Shown here: piece by piece, positions 1-8,700 of the stretch | Numbering within the stretch: the stretch's first letter is position 1 | Layout: each line of letters begins with the position of its first letter | Assembly (NCBI GenBank): GCA_037447605.1 | Contig: JBBHKD010000038.1 | Location: forward strand, 1-10,169 | Direction: 5' to 3' | DNA: 10,169 nucleotides | From: Zygnema circumcarinatum SAG 698-1b | Taxonomy: Eukaryota; Plantae; Zygnematophyceae | Program-made: the position numbers and the translations under genes | Notes under the pieces: model-generated | Told to the model about the DNA's origin: nothing | What the model saw: the letters and a program-made list of their open reading frames with translations, nothing else | Databases searched by the model: none

Positions 1-209
1 TCCGCCGGTATGCACAAAAGATTGAGTCCATTTGGCGTTCTCCGTATTCAGATATGGACGTTTTTGTGACACGTGTAATAGGTTGCGTTCCTATACACGT
101 CCACTCCGTTATACATTACTTTTTTGTCTTTTATTCTTTTGCACCGAAATTTCTCAGCGTCACTCTACAGTTAGTCCGCCGTATGCACAAAAAGTTTGAG
201 TCAATTAAG
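1..209. repeat. 174-bp satellite array, left flank (~1.2 monomers), cut by the LTR insertion
   Basis: Same monomer as 2787-10169 (ATGCACAAAA at 10 and 183). It ends ...GAGTCAATTAAG at 209, directly before the LTR start TGTTAG. Confidence 0.97.
205..209 (+). other. Left target-site duplication, TTAAG
   Basis: These are the 5 bp before the 5' LTR. Uninterrupted monomers read TCAA-TTAAG-CGTTCTCCC, and the right junction reads AACA-TTAG-CGTTCTCC. Copia elements typically make 5-bp TSDs. Confidence 0.75.
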
Positions 210-401
210 TGTTAGTGTATGATAGTTAGCATGTTTTGTTGGAACATTAGTTTTGTGTGTTTGTGTTGTGTGTTTCCTTGGCGGCGGTGTGCGCCTAAGT
301 TAGTAGGCGGCGGTACGGACATTTGGTCGGTGGAAGAGGCGCGGCGCGGCGGAGTCAGAAGTGACGAGGCGCGACGCGACGAATCGGAAAGTGACGTGGC
401 G
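210..401 (+). repeat. 5' LTR, first 192 bp only (truncated by the gap)
   Basis: Starts TGTTAGTGTATGATAG. It is identical to the 3' LTR for 75 bp, then alignable with indels (CGGACATTTGGTCG, TGGAAGAGGCG and GACGAATCGGAA are shared). Confidence 0.92.
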
Positions 402-411
402 NNNNNNNNNN
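402..411. other. Assembly gap (10 N), true size likely several kb
   Basis: A run of N joins LTR sequence directly to mid-RT codons (KRKADG...). About 770 bp of LTR plus PBS, gag, PR and INT are absent. Confidence 0.95.
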
Positions 412-927
412 AAGAGGAAGGCAGACGGAAGCGTGGATAGGTACAAGGCGCGGTTAGTGGCGAAAGGATACGGCCAGCAGTATGGGATTGACTACATGGA
501 GACGTTCGCTCCAGTGGTAAAGTTCAATTCCTTGAGAGCCTTGATTTCCATTGCAGCGGCTGAAGGAATGCACGTCCATCAATTGGACATCAAGACGGCA
601 TTTCTGTATGGTGATCTCACGGAAGAGATTTACATGGAGCAGCCGGAGGGGAAGGTCGTCCCCGAGAAGGAGCATCTAGTCTGTCGACTGGTGAAGAGCC
701 TGTACGGCTTGAAGCAGGCGCCGAGAGTGTGGTACGAAAAGATTGACGATCTTTTGAGGAGGAATGACTTTGCTCGGTTTGAGACAGATCATTCTGTGTA
801 CCGTCAAGGAGAGGGGGCAGACATTATGTTCGTTGGGATCTATGTCGACGATCTCATCATGGTGAGCCTCTCCCTTGAAAGAATCAGATCTTTGAAGGAA
901 TTGCTTCGGAGCAAATTTGAAATGTCC
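412..927 (+). CDS. pol: Copia pol, reverse transcriptase core (RVT_2-like), partial, 172 uninterrupted codons
   Basis: Motifs YKARLVAKG (442-468), TFAPVVK, QLDIKTAFL (580-606), IYMEQPEG, SLYGLKQAPR (697-726), catalytic YVDD (841-852) and FEMS (916-927) lie in one frame with no stop. Confidence 0.96.
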
Positions 928-1806
928 GGTCACGGGAGGCGCGTGTCTGGCAGGAATGCGGTGAAAGCGAGGATGGAAGCTTGTTTCTATGTCAAGGTAT
1001 GCTTCGGATGTGCTTGCGTTTCGAATGGAGATGCTGGGCGTGTTCGGCCCCATGGGGTAGAGCACTAGGCTTTGAAGGAGATGTCACCTTCGTCGGATGC
1101 GGAGGCACAAAAGATGTTCGGAGTGCCATACAGATCCGCGATTGGGAGTCTAATGTACTTGATGATCGGAACGCGTCCGGACTTGGCGAAAGCGGTGAGC
1201 TCGGCCAGCCGATTCATGGAGAATCGGACACCGAGCATTGGGAGTGAAGAGGGGATTTTCCAGGTATGGCCAGAAGGGCGCACCGATTGCGCAGGGAATC
1301 CGGAAGGTATGAGAGGGGCCAACCAGAGTGATTGGTATAGAGACTCAGGTGGGGAGGAGATAGCCGATGCGTCCGCATTTCGACTTAGGGTTTCGTTTTG
1401 AATGGAGGAGCACGATTTAAAATGGAGATCCAAAGGATTCTGCGAGGACTTCGGTGGCGTTATGCGACACGGAGGGCATTACGCTGGGTGCTTGTCATGC
1501 TTCGAAGGAAGGAGTGTGGTTCATGCAGTTCTTTGAAGAATGCAAGAGGGACCAACGACCGATTACCTTGTTTACCGACAATCAATCGTCGATTGCCCTG
1601 GTGGAAACCCTGTGTTCCACAAGAGGACCAAGCACATTCGGGTGGGGTACATTATATGCGGGGAGTTGGTGGGGAGGGGCTTGATTGAGAGTGCGAGTTC
1701 GTAGGCACCAAGGGCGGGGCGCGGATATGTTAACGAGGGAGTTGAGTGGGGAAACACTATTGAGTCAGCGGGGAGGTTGATTGGGCTGGGGCCCGCGCAA
1801 AACTAG
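928..1806 (+). pseudogene. pol: Copia pol C-terminus (RT thumb/connection plus RNase H), broken by many frameshifts that may be sequencing error
   Basis: Motifs recovered across frames: PYRSAIGSLMYLMIGTRPDL (1126-1185), SDW (1327-1335), LNGGA (1398-1412), WRSK (1423-1434), TDNQSSIAL (1574-1600), HKRTKHI (1618-1638) and ADMLTR (1721-1738). The probable stop is TAG at 1804-1806. Confidence 0.88.
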
Positions 1807-1813
1807 AAGTTCC

Positions 1814-1824
1814 AAAGAGGGGGA
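1814..1824 (+). promoter_or_regulatory. Polypurine tract AAAGAGGGGGA (plus-strand primer)
   Basis: An 11-nt purine run ends 1 nt before the 3' LTR TG at 1826. It matches the typical Copia GAGGGGGA PPT, just after the pol stop. Confidence 0.9.
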
Positions 1825-1825
1825 T

Positions 1826-2786
1826 TGTTAGTGTATGATAGTTAGCATGTTTTGTTGGAACATTAGTTTTGTGTGTTTGTGTTGTGTGTTTCCTTGGCGG
1901 TGTCGCTAGTTAATGTGATGCGGACATTTGGTCGATTGGAAGAGGCGTGGCCTTGTGGTCCCGAAGTGGCCGGTAACGACGAATCGGAAGAAATGACGTG
2001 TGGACTGACGCTGAGGCGGAAGTGAAGATGTGGTGACGGCGAATCTATGTGATCCCGGAAGTGTGTGGCTGATCAACCTTTGGATGAGCGATTAGGACTT
2101 GGCCAGCGATCGCGGCGTCAAAATGTCGTGGCGATTCATCATTATGCAGGCGGCGTGAGATAGCCGGTGGCGTCTGCGGCGGCCTTGAGTTTTGGCGTCA
2201 TCAATCACTAGGCAGGAATTGAGATCCTACGGTAAGGCGTGGTTAACAGAGGCCGAGTAGGATCGGCGGACGTCTACCCGGGATAAAGTGTGTGGTAAAC
2301 GGATCGGCGGCGGGGATGAGGGATCGGGGATAGGGCCCTTGCGGTTACCGCCCGATGTTGTGAGCTTCGTAACATGGTAGTGTCGCGGATGTTGGGCATC
2401 GTATATAGTGTGTTGTTTTGTTTGGTTGTTAATCTTTTACGCCGATTATCAGCGTAGTATGAACTCTACGAAGGCTGATGCTCGTGTTCTTGGTACACAC
2501 TTGCTTGTCTTTGCGGTAGTAGGCTTTTAGTTTATTATTAGGCTATTTTGAGAGGGGTCTCATTTTGTGGTGATAAAGATTATTATTAAGGGATTTTTGA
2601 GGCGAGCTTTCTCTATCCTTTTTCTCTCTGTTGATATTTGTGCATGATACGAGAGGTTCACTCTGTGGTAAAATGGGCTATAGTGAATGTGAGAGTTTGG
2701 GAAATGTCATCATCGATTGGAGCGAACTCCGATGGAAGGTGATGCGAGTGGAGAAAGCGCGGCAGCGGTGGAGTCCTCCACCAACA
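1826..2786 (+). repeat. 3' LTR, ~961 bp, complete
   Basis: Begins TGTTAG directly after the PPT and ends CCAACA (the reverse complement TGTTGG matches the start at 5/6) exactly where satellite sequence resumes. Confidence 0.88.
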
Positions 2787-2790
2787 TTAG
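2787..2790 (+). other. Right target-site duplication, TTAG (TTAAG lacking one A)
   Basis: Follows the terminal AACA and precedes CGTTCTCC, the monomer continuation. The adjoining monomer (2787-2927) is indel-rich, so loss of one A from AA is plausible. Confidence 0.65.
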
Positions 2791-5700
2791 CGTTCTCCTG
2801 ACCGGATATGGACGTTTTAGCTGACGTCGCGATAGGTTGCATTCTATACGTCCCTCCGTTATACATAACTTTTTGTCTTTTATTCTTTTGCACCAGAAAT
2901 TTCTGGCCTCTGATGTAGGTCCGCCGTATGCACAAAAGTTTGAGTCCATTTGGCGTTCTCCCTATTCAGATATGGACGTTTTTGTGACACGTGTAATAGG
3001 TTGCGTTCCTATACACGTCCACTCCGTTATACATTACTTTTTTGTCTTTTATTCTTTTGCACCGAAATTTCTCAGCGTCACTCTACAGTGAGTCCGCCGT
3101 ATGCACAAAAAGTTTGAGTCAATTAAGCGTTGTCCCTATTCAGATATGGACGTTTTTGTGACACGTGCAATAAGTTGCGTTCCTATACATGTCCACTCCG
3201 TTATACATAACTTTTTTGTCTTTTACTCTTTTGCACCGAAATTTCTCAGCGTCACACTACAGTGAGTCCGCCGTATGCACAAAAAGTTTGAGTCAATTAA
3301 GCGTTCTCCCTATTCAGATATGGACGTTTTTGTGACACGTGCAATAGGTTGCGTTCCTATACACGTCCACTCCGTTATACATAACTTTTTTGTCTTTCAT
3401 TCTTTTGCAGCGAAATTTCTCAGCGTCACTCTACAGTGAGTCCGCCGTATGCACAAAAAGTTTGAGTCAATTAAGCGTTGTCCCTATTCAGATATGGACG
3501 TTTTTGTGACACGTGCAATAAGTTGCGTTCCTATACACGTCCACTCCGTTATATATAACTTTTTTGTCTTTTACTTTTGTGCTCCGAAATTTCTTAGCGT
3601 CACTCTACTGTGTGTCCGCCGTATGCACAAAAAGATTGAGTCCATTTGGCGTTCTCCCTATTCAGATATGGACGTTTTTGTGACACGTGTAATAGGTTGC
3701 GTTCCTATACACGTCCACTCCGTTATACATAACTTTTTTGTCTTTTATTCTTTTGCACCGATATTTTTTATCGTCACTCTATAGTGAGTCCGCCGTATGC
3801 ACAAAAAGTTTGAGTCAATTTGGCGTTTTCCCCATTCAAATATGGACGTTTTTGTGACACGTGTAATAGGTTGCGTTCCTATACACGTCCACTCCGTTAT
3901 ACATTACTTTTTTGTCTTTTATTCTTTTGCACCGAAATTTCTCAGCGTCACTCTATAGTGAGTCCGCCGTATGCACAAAAAGTTTGAGTCAATTAAGCGT
4001 TCTCCCTATTCAGATATGGACGTTTTTGTGACACGTGCAATAGGTTGCATTCCTATACACGTCCACTCCGTTATACATAACTTTTTTGTCTTTTTTTTGT
4101 GCTCCGAAATTTCTTAGCGTCACTCTACTGTGTGTCCGCCGTATGCACAAAAAGATTGAGTCCATTTGGCGTTCTCCCTATTCAGATATGGACGTTTTTG
4201 TGACACGTGCTATAGGCTGCGTTCGTATACACGTCCACTCCGTTATATTTAACTTTTTTGTCTTTTAATTTTGTGCACCGAAATTTTTTAGCATTACTCT
4301 ACAGTGAATCCGCCATATGCACAAAAAGTTTGAGTCAATTTGGCGTTCTCCCCATTCAAATATGGACGTTTTTGTGACATGTGCAATAGGTTGCGTTCCT
4401 ATAAACGTCCACTCCGTTATATATAATATTTTTGTCTTTTATTTTTTTGCACCAAAATTTCTTAGCGTCACGCTACAGTGTGTCTGCCGTACGCACAAAA
4501 AGTTTGAGTCAATTTTGCGTTCTCCCTATTCAGATATGGACGTTTTTGTGACACGTGCAATAGGTTGCGTTCCTATACACGTCCACTCCGTTATATATAT
4601 AACTTTTTTGTCTTTTACTTTTTTGCACCGAAATTTCTCAGCGTCACTCTACAGTGAGTCCGCCGTATGCACAAAAAGTTTGAGTCAATTTGGCGTTCTC
4701 CCTATTCAGATATGGACGTTTTTGTGACACGTGCAATAGGTTGCGTTCCTATACACGTCCACTCCGTTATATATAATATTTTTGTCTTTTATTTTTTTGC
4801 ACCAAAATTTCTTAGCGTCACGCTACAGTGTGTCTGCCGTACGCACAAAAAGTTTGAGTCAATTTTGCGTTCTCCCTATTTAGATATGGACGTTTTTGTG
4901 ACACGTGCAATAGGTTGCATTCCTATACACGTCCACTCCGTTATATATAACTTTTTTGTCTTTTAATTTTGTGCACCGAAATTTTTTAGCATTACTGTAC
5001 AGTGAATCCGCCGTATGCACAAAAAGTTTGAGTCAATTTGGCGTTCTCCCTATTCAAATATGGACGTTTTTGTGACACGTGCAATAGGTTGCGTTCCTAT
5101 ACACGTCCACTCCGTTATACATTACTTTTTTGTCTTTTATTCTTTTGCACCGAAATTTCTCAGCGTCACTCTATAGTGAGTCCGCCGTATGCACAAAAAG
5201 TTTGAGTCAATTAAGCGTTCTCCCTATTCAGATATGGACGTTTTTGTGACACGTGCAATAAGTTGCGTTCCTATACATGTCCACTCCGTTATTTATAACT
5301 TTTTTGTCTTTTACTCTTTTGCACCGAAATTTCTCAGCGTCACACTACAGTGAGTCCGCCGTATGCACAAAAAGTTTGAGTCCATTTGGCGTTCTCCCTA
5401 TTCAGATATGGACGTTTTTGTGACACGTGCAATAGGTTGCGTTCCTATACACGTCCACTCCGTTATACATAACTTTTTTGTCTTTTATTCTTTTGCACCG
5501 AAATTTCTCAGCGTCACTCTACAGTGAGTCCGCCGTATGCACAAAAAGTTTGAGTCAATTAAGCGTTGTCCCTATTCAGATATGGACGTTTTTGTGACAC
5601 GTGCAATAAGTTGCGTTCCTATACACGTCCACTCCGTTATATATAACTTTTTTGTCTTTTACTTTTGTGCTCCGAAATTTCTTAGCGTCACTCTACTGTG

Positions 5701-8700
5701 TGTCCGCCGTATGCACAAAAAGATTGAGTCCATTTGGCGTTCTCCCTATTCAGATATGGACGTTTTTGTGACACGTGTAATAGGTTGCGTTCCTATACAC
5801 GTCCACTCCGTTATACATAACTTTTTTGTCTTTTATTCTTTTGCACCGAAATTTCTCAGCGTCACTCTATAGTGAGTCCGCCGTATGCACAAAAAGTTTG
5901 AGTCAATTTGGCGTTTTCCCCATTCAAATATGGACGTTTTTGTGACACGTGTAATAGGTTGCGTTCCTATACACGTCCACTCCGTTATACATAACTTTTT
6001 TGTCTTTTATTCTTTTGCACCGAAATTTCTCAGCGTCACGCTACAGTGTGTCCGCCGTACGCACAAAAAGTTTGAGTCAATTTGGCGTTCTCCCTATTCA
6101 GATATGGACGTTTTTGTGACACGTGAAATAGGTTGCGTTCCTACACACGTCCACTCCGTTATATATAACTTTTTTGTCTTTTACTTTTTTGCTCCGAAAT
6201 TTCTTAACGTCACTCTACTGTGTGTCCGCCGTATGCACAAAACGTTTGAGTCCATTTGGCGTTCTCCCTATTCAGATATGGACGTTTTTGTGACACGTGC
6301 TATAGGCTGCGTTCGTATACACGTCCACTCCGTTATATTTAACTTTTTTGTCTTTTAATTTTGTGCACCGAAATTTTTTAGCATTACTCTACAGTGAATC
6401 CGCCATATGCACAAAAAGTTTGAGTCAATTTGGCGTTCTCCCTATTCAAATATGGACGTTTTTGTGACACGTGCAATAGGTTGCGTTCCTTTACACGTCC
6501 ACTCCGTTATATATAATATTTTTGTCTTTTATTTTTTTGCACCAAAATTTCTTAGCGTCACGAGTAGTGTGTCCGCCGTACGCACAAAAAGTTTGAGTCA
6601 ATTTTGCGTTCTCCCTATTTAGATATGGACGTTTTTGTGACATCGTGCTGAGTAGGTCATGCTCAGATACACGTCCAATTCGCTATATTTAACTTTTTTG
6701 TCTTTTGACCTTTTGTGCACCGGAAATTTTAGCATTATCGCATGAATCCGCTGTGATGCACAAAAGTTTGAGCCAATTTTGGCGCTCTCCCTATTCAAAT
6801 ATGGATCGTTTTGTGACACGTACTGTGTTGCGTTCCTATACACGCCCACCATATATATTACTTTTTGTCTTTTACTTTTTACTTCCGAAATTTCTGAGAG
6901 CGTCACGCCAGCTGTTGTGTCCGGCCAGATGCACAAAAAATTGAATTGATTTGTCGTTCTCCCTATTCAGATATGGACGTTTTTGTGACACGTGCAATAG
7001 GTTGCGGTCCTACACACGTCCACTCCGTTATATATAACTTTATTTTCTTTTACTTTTGTGCACCGAAATTTCTCAACGTGTGTCAAGTGTGTGTCCGTCG
7101 TATGCACAAAAAAGTTTGAGTCTATTTGGCTTTCTCCTCGTATTCAGATATGGATCGCTTTTGTGACACGGCAATAGGTTGCATCTTCTACACACGCCCA
7201 CCCGTTATATATATAACTTTTTGTCTTTTATCTCTTGTAACTGAAATTTCATCGTCACTCTACAGCTGAGTCCGTGATGCACAAAAAAAGTTTGAGTCAA
7301 TTAAGGTTGTCCCTAGATGTCCAGATATGTATCGTTTTGTGATACGCAATAAGTTGCCTTATACACCGCCGTCCACCCGTTATATATATAACTTCTGGTC
7401 TTTACTTCTTTGCGGGTTCCTGAAATTTCTTGTATTGTCACTAACTGTGTAACCGGCCAGATGCACAAAAAAGATTTCGAGTCCATTTGGCGTTCTCCCT
7501 ATTCAGATATGGACGTTTTTGTGACACGTGCTATAGGCTGTGTTCGTATACACGTCCACTCCGTTATATATAACTTTTTTGTCTTTTAGTTTTGTGCACC
7601 GAAATTTCTCAGCGTTACTCTACAGTGAATCCGCCGTATGCACAAAAAGTTTGAGTCAATTTGGCGTTTTCCCTATTCAAATATGGACGTTTTTGTGACA
7701 CGTGCAATAAGTTGCGTTCCTATACATGTCCACTCCGTTATACATAACTTTTTTGTCTTTTACTCTTTTGCACCGAAATTTCTCAGCGTTACTCTACAGT
7801 GAATCCGCCGTATGCACAAAAAGTTTGAGTCAATTTGGCGTTTTCCCTATTCAAATATGGACGTTTTTGTGACACGTGCAATAAGTTGCGTTCCTATACA
7901 TGTCCACTCCGTTATACATAACTTTTTTGTCTTTTACTCTTTTGCACCGAAATTTCTCAGCGTCACTCTACAGTGATTCCGCCGTATGCACAAAACGTTT
8001 GAGTCAATTTGGCGTTCTCCTTATTTAGATATCGACGTTTTTGTGACACGTGCAATAGGTTGCGTTCGTATACACGTCCACTCCGTTATATATAACTTTT
8101 TTGTCTTTAAGTTTTATGCTCCGAAATTTCTTAGCGTCCTCTACTGTGTGTCCGCCGTATGCACAAAAAGATTGAGTCCATTTGGCGTTCTCCCTATTCA
8201 GATATGGACGTTTTTGTGACACGTGAAATAGGTTGCGTTCCTATACACGTCCACTCCGTTATACATAACTTTTTTGTCTTTTATTCTTTTGCACCGAAAT
8301 TTCTCAACGTCACTCTATAGTGAGTCCGCCGTATGCACAAAAAGTTTGAGTCAATTAAGCGTTCTCCCTATTCAGATATGGACGTTTTTGTGACACGTGC
8401 AATAAGTTGCGTTCCTATACATGTCCACTCCGTTATACATAACTTTTTTGACTTTTACTCTTTTGCACCGAAATTTCTCAGCGTCACTCTACAGTGAGTC
8501 CGCCGTATGCACAAAAAGTTTGAGTCAATTAAGCGTTCTCCCTATTCAGATATGGACGTTTTTGTGACACGTGCAATAGGTTGCGCTCCTATACACGTCC
8601 ACCCGTTATATATAACTTTTTGTTCTTAAGTTTTATGTCTGAAATTTCTTAGAAGCGTCACTTAATAAAGCCCGTTCGCATGCACAAAAAGATTGGAACC

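Larger units (their letters stand above)
210..2786 (+). mobile_element. Ty1/Copia LTR retrotransposon (incompletely assembled) inserted in the satellite
   Basis: Two LTR copies start with an identical 75 bp (210-284 = 1826-1900), and the termini are TGTT...AACA. Copia-type RT is followed by RNase H with no downstream integrase (Copia order). A PPT precedes the 3' LTR, a TSD is present, and the satellite register continues across the element. Confidence 0.95.

Noticed and set aside
251-274. GT-rich run TTTTGTGTGTTTGTGTTGTGTGTT as a telomeric or microsatellite repeat
   Set aside because: It is short, imperfect and present in both LTR copies, so it is simply LTR sequence.
402-411. Primer-binding site, gag, protease and integrase
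   Set aside because: None is visible. They are expected within the gap, so they are not annotated.
219-440. 73-aa ORF, and the N-terminal 361-411 part of the 235-aa ORF
   Set aside because: These read through LTR DNA and across the N gap. Real RT homology starts at 412.
454-1757. Minus-strand ORFs (454..675, 676..1065, 1065..1433, 1572..1757)
   Set aside because: They are antisense shadows of pol with no recognisable domain.
2402-2408. TATATAG as the LTR TATA box, and U3/R/U5 boundaries
   Set aside because: It is a single short motif in noisy sequence, and no canonical AATAAA was seen. Boundaries cannot be set without transcript data.
2678-3091. ORFs spanning the LTR-satellite junction
   Set aside because: They are chance frames over non-coding LTR and noisy satellite sequence.
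3779-3790. CTATAGTGAGTC, the reverse complement of 12 nt of the T7 promoter (also at 3953, 5171, 5867, 8315, 8836, 9010, 9358)
   Set aside because: It is a one-base variant of the monomer's CTACAGTGAGTC, lacks the TAATAC part and has no vector sequence around it, so it is coincidence.
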